Positions 38,514 through 47,861 of a stretch of 64,000 nucleotides of DNA are shown here, one piece after another (position 1 is the first letter of the stretch; every line of letters begins with the position of its first letter). Location: contig DATJZN010000024.1 of assembly GCA_035499075.1 (NCBI GenBank), positions 19,549 through 83,548 of the forward strand, read 5' to 3'. Under the pieces are notes generated by a model. That model had not been told where the DNA came from and did no database searches. It saw nothing but the letters and a program-made list of their open reading frames with translations. The position numbers and the translations under genes are program-made. Origin of the DNA: Myxococcota bacterium (GTDB taxonomy: Bacteria > Myxococcota_A > UBA9160 > SZUA-336).

Positions 38514-40796
38514 ATGGCGTACACGCAGAAGGACCGGATGTGCCGCATGACGTCGCCGCTGGGCGCCGACGCGCTGCTCGTCCGCCGCATGCGCGTCTCC
38601 GAGGCCGTGTCGAGCCTCTTCACGGTCGAGCTCGAGCTGCTCTCCGAGAGCGACGACCTGTCGTTCGACGCGATCGTCGGGAAGCCGGTCTCGATCTCGG
38701 TCGAGCTGAACAACAAGAAGCCGCGCTGGTTCCACGGCCTGGTGTCGCGCTTCGCGCACGGCGGCGCGAAGGGCCGCTTCGTGGCGTACCGCGCCGAGGT
38801 CGTGCCCACGCTGTGGAAGCTGACGCGGCGCTCGGGCTGCCGGATCTACCAGCACGTGTCGGTGCCCGACATCGCGAAGAAGCTCTTCACCGAGCTGGGT
38901 GTCACCGAGGTGCGCCAGGACTTCGCGAAGTCGTACCCGGCGCTCGAGTACTGCGTGCAGTACCGCGAGAGCGACTTCAACTTCGTGTCGCGCTTGTTCG
39001 AGGACGTGGGCATCTCGTACTTCTTCGAGCACGGCGAGAAGGCCGACACGCTGGTGCTGTTCGACTCGCCGCACGGCAACGCGCCGTGCCCGGGACAGGC
39101 GACCGCGATCTACGCCACCGCGTCGGACGCGGGCGGCACGTCGGGCGAGGTCAGCGAGTTCCACGTCGAGCGGCTGTTGCGCGCGGGCAAGTACTCGCAC
39201 ACGGACTTCAACTTCGAGCAGCCGAGCCTGTCGCTGCACACCACGACGCCGAGCTCCATGGGCATCGGCGGCAACGAGCAGTTCGAGATCTACGAGCACC
39301 CGGGCACGTTCACGCTGCCGCCGCAGGGCGAGTCGCGCGCCAAGACCCGCATGGAGGCGGAAGAGAGCGCGTCGCTCGAAGCGCGCGGCACGAGCCGCTG
39401 TGCCGCGTTCACGCCCGGCTATCGCTTCGACCTGCGCGGCCACCACCGCAAGGACACGAACGACGCTTGGGTGCTCACGGAAGTCGTGCACGAAGTGGTC
39501 GACAGCGTCGACCCCGAAGACCAGGGGAGCTACGAGAACACCTTCGTGTGTCGGCCGCACAGCGTGCCGCTGCGGCCGCTGTGTCGGACGCCCAAGCCGA
39601 TCATCTACGGCGTGCAGACGGCCACGGTCGTCGGCGCGGCGGGACAGGAGATCGACGTCGACCCGCACGCGCGCGTGGTCGTGCAGTTCCACTGGGACCG
39701 CGAAGGCAAGCGCGACCAGAACAGCTCGTGCCGCGTGCGCGTAGCGCAGAACTGGGCGGGCAAGGGCTGGGGACTCATCGCGCACCCGCGCATCGGCCAG
39801 GAGGTGATCGTCGAGTTCGTCGAGGGCGACCCCGACCGGCCGATCGTGACGGGCCGCGTGTACAACGGCGAGCAGACCGCGCCGTACGGGCTGCCCGCGA
39901 ACTCGACGCAGACGGGCATCAAGACGCGCAGCTCGCCGGGCGGCGGCGGCTTCAACGAGCTGCGCTTCGAGGACAAGGCGGGCAGCGAGCTCTTGTACGT
40001 TCAGGCGCAGAAGGACCGCTCGACGCTCACGAAGAACGACGACTCGCAGGAGGTCGGCCACGACCGCACGCGCAAGGTGGTGAACGACGAGAAGGTCGCG
40101 ATCGGCGCCAACCAGAACATCGACGTCACGTCGAACCGCACGCGCACCGTCGGCGCGGACGAGTCCGTGACCATCGGCTCGAACCGCACGAAGAACGTCG
40201 GCGCGGACGAGAGCTCCACGATCGGCGCGAACTACACGCAGTCGGTCGGCGGGAGCCGCACGCGCAGCGTCATGGGCGCCGAGACCGTCACCGTCGCGCT
40301 CGCGCGCACGCACACGGTCGGCGTGAACGAAGCCATCAGCGTCGGCGCCGCGCAGGAAGTCACGGTGGGCGCGGCGCGGACCGTCACCGTGGCGGGTTCG
40401 CAGACCACGAGCGTCGGCTCGTCGCACACCGTGACGGTCGGCGGGAAGCAGGACGTGAACGTCGGCGCGGACCGCGGCCTCACGATCGCCGGAAAGCACG
40501 GCGTGAAGGTCGGCGCCGACGAGTCGGTGAACATCGGCGGGAAGCACCTGGTCGAGGTCGCTTCGGACCGCGGGCTGAAGGTCGGGGGCGATCTCACCGA
40601 CGACGTCGGCGGCAACTACATCGCGAAGTCGGGCAAGGCGATCACGATCGGTGCTTCGGACGAGATCGTGCTCGAGGCGGGCAGCGCGAAGATCACGCTC
40701 TCGAGCAACGGCGACATCACGCTCGAGGGCAAGCAGATCAACGTGAAGGGCTCAGGGAACATCGTGCTGAAGGGCCAGAAGATCCTCGGGAATTGA
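38514..40796 (+). CDS. vgrG: VgrG (TssI) spike protein
   Basis: gp27/gp5-like N-terminus (RFHGLVSRFAHGG...YRAEVVP), an OB-fold, and a C-terminal beta-helical repeat region (VGADES.TIGSNRT... repeats). Confidence 0.9.
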   Translation: MAYTQKDRMCRMTSPLGADALLVRRMRVSEAVSSLFTVELELLSESDDLSFDAIVGKPVSISVELNNKKPRWFHGLVSRFAHGGAKGRFVAYRAEVVPTLWKLTRRSGCRIYQHVSVPDIAKKLFTELGVTEVRQDFAKSYPALEYCVQYRESDFNFVSRLFEDVGISYFFEHGEKADTLVLFDSPHGNAPCPGQATAIYATASDAGGTSGEVSEFHVERLLRAGKYSHTDFNFEQPSLSLHTTTPSSMGIGGNEQFEIYEHPGTFTLPPQGESRAKTRMEAEESASLEARGTSRCAAFTPGYRFDLRGHHRKDTNDAWVLTEVVHEVVDSVDPEDQGSYENTFVCRPHSVPLRPLCRTPKPIIYGVQTATVVGAAGQEIDVDPHARVVVQFHWDREGKRDQNSSCRVRVAQNWAGKGWGLIAHPRIGQEVIVEFVEGDPDRPIVTGRVYNGEQTAPYGLPANSTQTGIKTRSSPGGGGFNELRFEDKAGSELLYVQAQKDRSTLTKNDDSQEVGHDRTRKVVNDEKVAIGANQNIDVTSNRTRTVGADESVTIGSNRTKNVGADESSTIGANYTQSVGGSRTRSVMGAETVTVALARTHTVGVNEAISVGAAQEVTVGAARTVTVAGSQTTSVGSSHTVTVGGKQDVNVGADRGLTIAGKHGVKVGADESVNIGGKHLVEVASDRGLKVGGDLTDDVGGNYIAKSGKAITIGASDEIVLEAGSAKITLSSNGDITLEGKQINVKGSGNIVLKGQKILGN

Positions 40797-40803
40797 GGGG
40801 AAC

Positions 40804-41322
40804 ATGGGCGAAGAGACGGATCTCCCAGCGCAGATCGAAATCGTGCTCGGCGACTTGGCCGGCGGGCTCGAGACGGCCGCGGAGCCGCTGCCGAAGGCGG
40901 ACGGCGTGGTGCTCGGCCGCCTCGTCGCGTTCCGCGAGGACGGCGCGCCCCTGGTGCACTTCGAGGGCTGCGCCGATGGTGCGCCGGTGGCGGCGCTCGT
41001 CGTCGGCTCGCTCTCCGACGATGACGTCGGTGCCGACGTCGCGCTCGCGCTCGCTGCCGGCGACGCCCGCCGGCCCGTGGTGCTCGGCCGCACGCGCGCC
41101 GCGATTCCGGCGGCCGAACGCGCACGCGCCGCGTCGCCGCTCGAGACCAGCGCAGACGGCCAGACCGTGGCGCTCACTGCGGGGCGGCAGCTCGTGCTGC
41201 GCGTGGGGCGCGCGACCATCACGCTCACACAGGACGGCAGGATCGTGATCCGCGGCGGTCAGCTGGTGAGCCGCGCCTCGGGCGTGAACCGCATCCAGGG
41301 CGGCTCGGTCCAGATCAACTAG
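40804..41322 (+). CDS. Hypothetical VgrG-associated protein
   Basis: 172 aa, sitting immediately 3' of vgrG. The C-terminus TITLTQDGRIVIRGGQLVSRASGVNRIQGGSVQIN resembles spike beta-helix repeats. No known catalytic motif was found. Confidence 0.4.
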   Translation: MGEETDLPAQIEIVLGDLAGGLETAAEPLPKADGVVLGRLVAFREDGAPLVHFEGCADGAPVAALVVGSLSDDDVGADVALALAAGDARRPVVLGRTRAAIPAAERARAASPLETSADGQTVALTAGRQLVLRVGRATITLTQDGRIVIRGGQLVSRASGVNRIQGGSVQIN

Positions 41323-41333
41323 TCGGCTCGCCC

Positions 41334-42386
41334 GTGAACCTGCAGAACTTCACCCCCTTTCCGGCGGAGATCACGCTGGCCACCGACAAGGACGGCCGCG
41401 ACTCGTATCTCGTCGTCGTGAAGGGGACGTTCGAGATCGGCGACGGCGAGCCGCGTCCCGCCGCGGAGCAGGTGCCGTTCTTCTACGGCGACCAGCACTA
41501 CGGCGACCCCGAGACCACGAGCATCAAGTACGAGAGCGAGTTCGCGCCGGTGAAGTCGCGTGCCGACGTGGTGGTGGTCGGCGACGCCCACGCGCGCGGC
41601 CGCGGCGTGCGCAGGCTCTCGGTCGAGGTTCGCGTCGGACGCATGCGCAAGAAACTCATCGTACGCGGCGACCGGCGCTGGCGCTTCGGACTCGGGATTC
41701 TGTCGCGAGTCAGTTGGGCGCGGCGCTTCGAGTCACTCCCGATCGTGTACGAGCGGGCCTTCGGCGGCGCCGACACCTCGCACGACAACCCGAAGCGGCA
41801 CCGCTTCGAACGGCGCAACCCGGTCGGCACCGGCCTCGTGCGCCGCCTGCGCGCGAAGGGCGCGCTGCCGAACTTCTACTATCCGGGCGAGTCGTTGCGC
41901 CGCCCGGGCAAACGCATCCGGCCCGCGGGCCTCGGCTTCGTCGGACGCGGCTGGGAGCCGAGAGCGAGTCACGCGGGAACGTACGACGGGGCGTGGAAGA
42001 AGGAGCGCTTTCCGCTGTTGCCGGAGGACTTCGACGACGAGTACCACCAGGGCGCACCGCCGGACCAGCGCTGCGAGCTGCTGCGCGGCGGCGAGCCCGT
42101 CGAGCTGCGCAACTTGACGCCCGACGGTCGCCTGTCGTTCCGGCTGCCGCCGCTGGCGCTGGCGATCCGCTTCCGCTTCGCGAGCCGCACCGAAGAGAGC
42201 GTGATGTACGGCGACACGCTCATCCTCGAGCCCGGCCTCGGCCGCTTCCAGGTCGTGTGGCGTGCGTCTCGGCCCGTCGACGGGAAGCTGCTCGCGCTCG
42301 GCGAGGTGTGGATCGGCACGCCCAGCCGCGGGCGCCTGCTCGCCGTAGAGACGCGCAAGCAATACATCGACCGGAGCGCGCGGTGA
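41334..42386 (+). CDS. DUF2169-family T6SS effector adaptor
   Basis: The N-terminus MNLQNFTPFPAEI...VVVKGTFEI is typical of DUF2169 proteins. Position downstream of vgrG and upstream of a PAAR-like effector matches the known adaptor context. Confidence 0.6.
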   Translation: MNLQNFTPFPAEITLATDKDGRDSYLVVVKGTFEIGDGEPRPAAEQVPFFYGDQHYGDPETTSIKYESEFAPVKSRADVVVVGDAHARGRGVRRLSVEVRVGRMRKKLIVRGDRRWRFGLGILSRVSWARRFESLPIVYERAFGGADTSHDNPKRHRFERRNPVGTGLVRRLRAKGALPNFYYPGESLRRPGKRIRPAGLGFVGRGWEPRASHAGTYDGAWKKERFPLLPEDFDDEYHQGAPPDQRCELLRGGEPVELRNLTPDGRLSFRLPPLALAIRFRFASRTEESVMYGDTLILEPGLGRFQVVWRASRPVDGKLLALGEVWIGTPSRGRLLAVETRKQYIDRSAR

Positions 42387-43417
42387 GCGCGGTCGAAGTC
42401 CAGGCCGCGGGGCTCGTGACCGCCGTGGGACTCACCGCGGCCGCGTCCGCCGCCGCGCTGCGCGCGCGGATCATGCGCTTCCGCGAGACGCCGTTCCTCG
42501 ACGCCGGCGGCTCTCCCGTGATCGGCGCGCCGATCCGCGGCATGGCCGACGGCGAGCTGGGCACGCAGCGCCTCGCGACGCTCTTGTGCGCCGCGCTCGA
42601 CGACGCCGCGCGACAGCTCGGCGAGCCGATTCCCGACGGCACGCCGCTCGTCCTGGGCCTCGCCGAACGCGAACGCGCGGGCCGGCCGCCGGGGCTCGAG
42701 TCGCAGCTCGCCGACGCGATCGTCCGCGACGCGGGCTGGCGCTTCGACGAGGCGACCTCGTCCGTCGTCGCAACAGGAAACACGAGCGGCGCGCGCGCTT
42801 TCGAGCTGGCGCGGCGCGTGCTCGAGCGCGGCGCGCCACGCGTGGTCGTGGCGTGCGTCGATTCGTTCTTGAACGCGCCGGCGCTCGCGCAGCTCCAGGC
42901 CGCGGAGCGGCTGAAGAGCGAAGACGACCCCGACGGTGTGATTCCGGGCGAAGCGGCGGGCGCCCTGGTGCTCGGCGCTGCGCTCGACGGCGCGCGGAGC
43001 CGCGCGCGCCTCGCGGTCGCGGGCGCCGGCTTCGCGCGCGAGAGCGCTGCCGCGGACCGCGCGCGACCGAACACGGGCGTTGGCCTCGCGGCCGCGATCC
43101 GCGCGTGTCTCTCGGACGCGCGCGCGGGCACGCGGAACACCGACTTCCGGCTGAGCGACGTGAGCGGCGAGCGGCGCGCGTTCGTCGAGACCCAGTACGC
43201 GATGAGCCGCACCCTGGCCGAGTCGCACGCGGACTATCCGCTGTGGCTGCCGGCCGAGTCGTTCGGCGAGATCGGTGCCGCGAGCGTGCCCGCGCAGCTC
43301 GCGGTCGCCGCGGCGTCGTTTGCGAAGGGCTACGCGCCCGGCCGGGCAGCGCTGTGTCAGAGCGGCTCCGCGGACGGCGACCGCGCCGTCCTCTTTGCGG
43401 TGGCGCTGGCGGGCTGA
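42383..43417 (+). CDS. Thiolase-fold, beta-ketoacyl-synthase-like protein (possibly catalytically degenerate)
   Basis: The GTG start overlaps the DUF2169 stop. A KS-like Cys context VVACVDSF is present. The KS His motif appears replaced, with SFGEIGAASV where KS enzymes have GHxxGAAG. 344 aa. Confidence 0.45.
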   Translation: MSAVEVQAAGLVTAVGLTAAASAAALRARIMRFRETPFLDAGGSPVIGAPIRGMADGELGTQRLATLLCAALDDAARQLGEPIPDGTPLVLGLAERERAGRPPGLESQLADAIVRDAGWRFDEATSSVVATGNTSGARAFELARRVLERGAPRVVVACVDSFLNAPALAQLQAAERLKSEDDPDGVIPGEAAGALVLGAALDGARSRARLAVAGAGFARESAAADRARPNTGVGLAAAIRACLSDARAGTRNTDFRLSDVSGERRAFVETQYAMSRTLAESHADYPLWLPAESFGEIGAASVPAQLAVAAASFAKGYAPGRAALCQSGSADGDRAVLFAVALAG

Positions 43418-44415
43418 TGGGCAACGACGTCTACGCGAACAACATGAACGTCGCCTGCAAGGCGGGCGACGGAAAGGTGATCTGCGCGTTCCCCGACGTG
43501 TGTCTATCGCCGCCCACGCCGCCTGCGGGTCCGATCCCGATTCCCTACCCAGTCACTTCCATGTCGAGTGATACGACCGACGGATCGGGCACCGTCACCG
43601 TGAACAACAAGGAGGTCATGCTCAAGGACAAGTCGTGCTACTCGAAGTGCACGGGCGACGAGGCGGCGACGAAGACGCTGGGCATGGGCGTCGCCAACGC
43701 GTCGCTCTCCGGAAAGGTGTACTTCAAGATGTGGTCGATGGACGTGCAGATGGAGGGCGAGAACGTCGTGCGCGCCTTCGACATCACCACGTCGAACCAC
43801 ATGAGCGAGGTCGGCAACGCGGCGGTGCCCATGATCAACTCGGAGCGCATGGGCTTCACGCAGCTCGGCGAGTGCAAGGGCGTGAACAAGAAATTCGAGC
43901 TCGTGCCCTACGAGAGCACCAACCCGAGCACCGGCGACAAGGACCTGACGTGCGGGCGCAAGGGGATGACCGGCCACCATCTGATTCCCGGCCGCTGCAT
44001 GAAGACGAGAACCACCGCAGGCGGGAACGCCGCGTATCCGAAGGGCTGCTCTCACGACAAGGCGCCCTGCGTGTGCGTCGACAACGAGAACCAATACGAC
44101 GGCACGCACAAGGAGTGCCACGCCATCTTCGACCCCATCGAGCAGCAAGAGGCCAAGAAGCCGCCCAAGGACCAGATGACGTACAAGAAGGCGCGCGACA
44201 CGGCCGCGGAGTCGGCCGCGGGGATCAACGGCGGGAAGGACCTCACCGATAAGCAGCTCGAGTGCGTGAAGGCGCAGCTCGACAACTACTACAAGAAGTG
44301 CCTCGCGAACCAGGACGGCTCGATCGCGTTGAACTCGCCGCTCAACGCTCAGGCGGACAATTCCGGCCTCGTGTTGCCGAGCACGAGCTCGGTCGGCGGT
44401 CTCGGCAGCCCGTGA
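43417..44415 (+). CDS. PAAR-like (DUF4150) protein with C-terminal Tox-GHH HNH/EndoVII-type nuclease toxin domain
   Basis: The ATG overlaps the upstream stop in CTGATGG. N-terminal DUF4150 signature KVICAFPDVCLSPPTPPAGPIPIPYP. C-terminal GHH motif MTGHHLIPGRCMK plus Cys/His-rich CSHDKAPCVCVDNENQYDGTHKECH. Local GC is lower and the sequence is Lys-rich. Confidence 0.65.
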   Translation: MGNDVYANNMNVACKAGDGKVICAFPDVCLSPPTPPAGPIPIPYPVTSMSSDTTDGSGTVTVNNKEVMLKDKSCYSKCTGDEAATKTLGMGVANASLSGKVYFKMWSMDVQMEGENVVRAFDITTSNHMSEVGNAAVPMINSERMGFTQLGECKGVNKKFELVPYESTNPSTGDKDLTCGRKGMTGHHLIPGRCMKTRTTAGGNAAYPKGCSHDKAPCVCVDNENQYDGTHKECHAIFDPIEQQEAKKPPKDQMTYKKARDTAAESAAGINGGKDLTDKQLECVKAQLDNYYKKCLANQDGSIALNSPLNAQADNSGLVLPSTSSVGGLGSP

Positions 44416-44431
44416 GCTTCAGGGGGGAAAC

Positions 44432-45352
44432 ATGGCGAAGAAGCGGAAGCGCGGCGCGCTGTACTTCACGAGCATCGCGCGCGCGGGCGACGACTCCGTC
44501 GCGCTCTCGGGCAACTACTACATCTACGAGGACGGCGACGAGAAGCGCACCGCGCTGATCTCCCTGAAGCAAGGCCACTGGGGCGCGCTCGACGTGTCGG
44601 GCATCGTCCACGCCGCGCGCATCATCGGTACGTTCCCGAGCGGGAAGTGGACCATGCTCGGGCTCACGCAGAGCGGCGGCGTGTATCGGGCGTCGCCGTC
44701 GGGCGTGAAGTTCGCGATGATCGACGAGGAGCGGCCCGGCTCGCTCATGGACCTGCGCCAGATCGGGGGCAAGTGGTACGCGGTCGGCGGGCATCTGCGC
44801 ATCCATCGCGAGGACCGCGCCGGACACTGGACGGCGATCGACGACGACGTCTACCTCGAGGACGAAAAGGGCAACACGAAGCTCCTCTTGAGCATCGACG
44901 GCACCTCGGGCTCGGACCTGTGGACGGTGGGCTACAACGGCACCGTCCTGCATTACGACGGCTCGAGCTGGTCGTCGGTCGAGTCGCCGACCGACTACGG
45001 CCTGCAGCGCGTGCTCTGCCCGAAGAAGGGCGTCGTGTACGTGTGCGGTTACGGGAACTCGCTGTTCCGCCGCAACGCGAAGGGCGGCTGGGATGCGCTC
45101 ACGGAGCCCGACGAAGACATCGTGTTCTGGGACATGGCGTGGTTCCAGGACGAGCTCTACGTGTGCACGAAGAAGGACCTCTTCGTGCTGCGCGACGGCG
45201 AGCTCGAGAAGGTGAAGCCCAAGGTCGACGGGCCGCTCGGCTTCTACCGCATGGACGCCGACGACGGCGAGCTCTGGACGTGCGGCAACGAGTGCGTGCT
45301 CCGCTTCGACGGCAAGAAGTGGAAGCAGTTCGTCTGGCCCGACAACGAGTGA
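44432..45352 (+). CDS. Candidate immunity protein (beta-propeller-like repeat protein)
   Basis: 306 aa with no signal peptide. Repeated blade-like motifs are GHWGALDVSG, GKWTMLGLTQSGGVY, GGKWYAVGGHLRIH, GSDLWTVGYNGTVLHYDGSSW and GELWTCGNECVLRFDGKKW. It lies directly 3' of the toxin. Confidence 0.5.
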   Translation: MAKKRKRGALYFTSIARAGDDSVALSGNYYIYEDGDEKRTALISLKQGHWGALDVSGIVHAARIIGTFPSGKWTMLGLTQSGGVYRASPSGVKFAMIDEERPGSLMDLRQIGGKWYAVGGHLRIHREDRAGHWTAIDDDVYLEDEKGNTKLLLSIDGTSGSDLWTVGYNGTVLHYDGSSWSSVESPTDYGLQRVLCPKKGVVYVCGYGNSLFRRNAKGGWDALTEPDEDIVFWDMAWFQDELYVCTKKDLFVLRDGELEKVKPKVDGPLGFYRMDADDGELWTCGNECVLRFDGKKWKQFVWPDNE

Positions 45353-45353
45353 G

Positions 45354-46592
45354 TCAGGCGCGGCGGTCGCGCGCGAAACACTCGAGCTCGACGTCCGGCG
45401 CGTCGGTGCCCAGCTCGAGACACCGGCGCAGGCAGGCGTCGCGACCGCCCTCCAGGTCGAGCTCCGCGAGCACCTCGCCGAGCGACAGCGCGTCGACGTC
45501 GCGTCCGCGCCGCCAGCGCCGGCGCGGATCGAAGTCACCGCCGCGCTTGCGCCACAGCGCGCGGGCCTCGTCGGCGTCGAACATGGTCGCGTCGACGTCC
45601 TGCACCCGCGCGCGCCCGAGCGCCTCGCCGACGATCGCCTCGAAAGCCTCGGCCGCGGCGGCGGAGAGGTCGGGCACCTCGAGCATTTCCAGGAGCTTCG
45701 GCAGCGCCTGCGGGTCGCCGAGCGCGCCGAGTCCCTGCAGCGCCGCGGGCGCCAGCTCGGGCGAGGCGAGCGCGGCCTCGAGGGCCGGCCGGTCGCTCGT
45801 GGCACCGAGTGCGCCGAGCCAACGCAGCTCGACCGCACGGGCGCGGTCGGGCTGGCGCGCGGAGGCGCGCAGCAGCTCCAGCACCTCGGGCTGGCCCCAG
45901 CGCGCGCCCGCGCAGAGCGCCGCGATCCGGACCTCGGGCGCGGGATCGGCATGGCTCGCGACGAGCTCGCGGCGGTCGGGCGCGGGCCCCACGCGCAGAC
46001 GTACGGCCCAGTGGATCGCGCGCAGCGCCGCCGCTCCGCTCGCGCCGAATGCGGCGACGAGCCCGTGCGGTACCTCACGCCGGTGGAACGCGAGCGCGTC
46101 GGCCCAGACCGCGCGCTCCAGGTCCGCGGGCCCGTCCAGCCGCTCGCGCGCTTCGGCTTCCCAAGTCGACACCGAACAGTGTCGCAGTCCGTGACGCGCG
46201 CCCGCCGCGGCGGGCAGGGCAGCCCCGCGCAGCGCTTGGGCCACGGCACCCGGGTCGGGAGTCGGCCGTCTCAACAGCGTCCAGGCGCCCGCGGCGACGA
46301 GGCTCCAGGCGTCGGACCCGAGCGCCGCGCGAGCCAGCGCCGCGCCCGTCACGCCGCCTTCGAGCAGGCCGTCCAGGTGCGCCTCCATGCGGTCCTCGTG
46401 CCGGCGCAAATGCAAGGGGCGGAAGCCCGCGCGGAAGATCGACGTCTCGCGCAGCTCCCACAGGAAGTCGAGCTCCGCAAGGTGCTCCTCGAGCACGTCG
46501 GCCAGGACGGGCGGCTCGGACGAGGGCACGCCGTCAGCGCACCGCGGCCTCGATCCGCTGGCGCAGCGGATCCGCCAGCCGCGGCAGCGCAT
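45354..46592 (-). CDS. HEAT-like (PBS-lyase type) repeat protein
   Basis: Repeats of the type LRWLGALGATSDRPALEAALASPELAPAALQGLGALGDPQALPKLLEML. The exact start is uncertain; a GTG near 46526 would avoid overlap with the upstream gene. Confidence 0.5.
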   Translation of the reverse strand: MRCRGWRIRCASGSRPRCADGVPSSEPPVLADVLEEHLAELDFLWELRETSIFRAGFRPLHLRRHEDRMEAHLDGLLEGGVTGAALARAALGSDAWSLVAAGAWTLLRRPTPDPGAVAQALRGAALPAAAGARHGLRHCSVSTWEAEARERLDGPADLERAVWADALAFHRREVPHGLVAAFGASGAAALRAIHWAVRLRVGPAPDRRELVASHADPAPEVRIAALCAGARWGQPEVLELLRASARQPDRARAVELRWLGALGATSDRPALEAALASPELAPAALQGLGALGDPQALPKLLEMLEVPDLSAAAAEAFEAIVGEALGRARVQDVDATMFDADEARALWRKRGGDFDPRRRWRRGRDVDALSLGEVLAELDLEGGRDACLRRCLELGTDAPDVELECFARDRRA

Positions 46593-47289
46593 CGAGGTCG
46601 ACGAGCTCGATGAACGCGGGCACGCCCGAGAAGCGCGTCGCTTGCGCGATGAGCTCGTCGCTGGGTCGGAAGGCCGGTACCGCCGAGCGCAAGGTGACGA
46701 GCGGCAGCTCGCCGAGCGACTCGCGCTTCTCGATCACCACGTCGTAGCGCAGCTCTCGGAACAGCTCGCCGATCTCGGGCAGCCCGACGAGGAGCTGTTC
46801 GAGCACCAGCGCCGACAGCACGAACTGCCGCGCGTCGCTCGGGCGCAGCGAGGCGCGGTTCGCGAGCGCAGCTTCGAGCTGCGCGAGCGTGTAGCCCGAG
46901 CGGAACGCGATCGCCCAGCGCGCGGGATCGGTGATCGCGATCGTGCGGCCGTCGCTTTCGAGTGTATGGGCGTACTCGAACGGGAACACGTCGAGGATCG
47001 GCTCGACCGAGAGCGGCTCGTCGTCGAGCTCCTTGGGCAGGTTGAACGGGCGCCCGCAGGCAGCGAGCCAGCGCTCCTTCAGCCGGGCCAGCGCGCGGTC
47101 GGCGCCGGGCACCTCGTCGCGGCCGCCGCCCCGCACGTGCCGGCCCAGCAGCCGGCGGGGGGAAAGCACCGGCCGCAGCGCCTCCAGCTGGGCGGCCAGG
47201 CGCTCGCGCAGGAGCTTCGCCACCGTTTCGGTCTTCGCGCGCATGCGGGCCAGCTCGTCGATCGTGAGCGGGCGTCCGGGGTCGCTCAT
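46534..47289 (-). CDS. Hypothetical protein
   Basis: A 250-278 aa ORF in the track (46534..47370). The start is either at MSDPGRPLTIDELARMRAK (47289) or at 47370. No recognisable domain. Confidence 0.4.
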   Translation of the reverse strand: MSDPGRPLTIDELARMRAKTETVAKLLRERLAAQLEALRPVLSPRRLLGRHVRGGGRDEVPGADRALARLKERWLAACGRPFNLPKELDDEPLSVEPILDVFPFEYAHTLESDGRTIAITDPARWAIAFRSGYTLAQLEAALANRASLRPSDARQFVLSALVLEQLLVGLPEIGELFRELRYDVVIEKRESLGELPLVTLRSAVPAFRPSDELIAQATRFSGVPAFIELVDLDALPRLADPLRQRIEAAVR

Positions 47290-47391
47290 GGGGAGTTCAC
47301 TCCGCGGCCACGCTATCGCTGCGGGCTTGCGCGGGTCAAGGCTTCTTTCGATTGACCCCGGCGGAGGCATTCATCCATACTTCGCGCGGAG

Positions 47392-47859
47392 TTGGCTCGC
47401 TTTGGGGTCGCCCGTTTCGCGTCGTTGTTGGCGCCCGCGACGCGGTTGCTCGCGAGCGGGGTCGCCGTCGCGCTCGCGTGCGCCAGCGGTCCGGCGCCGT
47501 CGTCGATGTGCCTCGGCGTGACGGCGAGCCCGAAGCTGAACCTCTACGAAGGCGAGCCGCACGTGGTGGTGCTGAAGTTCTACCCGCTGCAGAACGTGGC
47601 GGCCTTCCAAGCGGCCGACGCGCAGGACTTGGTGAAGGGAAAGAAGCCCGCGGGTCTGACCGGCGATCCGTGGGAGGCGAGCGTCCTGCCTGGCCAGGCG
47701 CTCGACTTCTCCGAGCAGCTGCCGCGCGACACCTCGAACGTGGGCATCGTGGCGGACTTCTTCAACGGCGCGAGCCGCGCCGTCGTCCCCGCGAAGTGCG
47801 GCATGTTCGGCAAGCCGAAGATCGTGTTGTCGGCGAGCGACCTCCAGGTCGCGAACTAG
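47392..47859 (+). CDS. tssJ: T6SS outer-membrane lipoprotein TssJ
   Basis: TTG start. Lipobox VAVALAC. The SciN/TssJ-family pattern LNLYEGEPHVVVLKFYPLQNVAAFQAADAQDL...VLPGQ...VGIVADFFN is present. Confidence 0.7.
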   Translation: MARFGVARFASLLAPATRLLASGVAVALACASGPAPSSMCLGVTASPKLNLYEGEPHVVVLKFYPLQNVAAFQAADAQDLVKGKKPAGLTGDPWEASVLPGQALDFSEQLPRDTSNVGIVADFFNGASRAVVPAKCGMFGKPKIVLSASDLQVAN

Positions 47860-47861
47860 CC

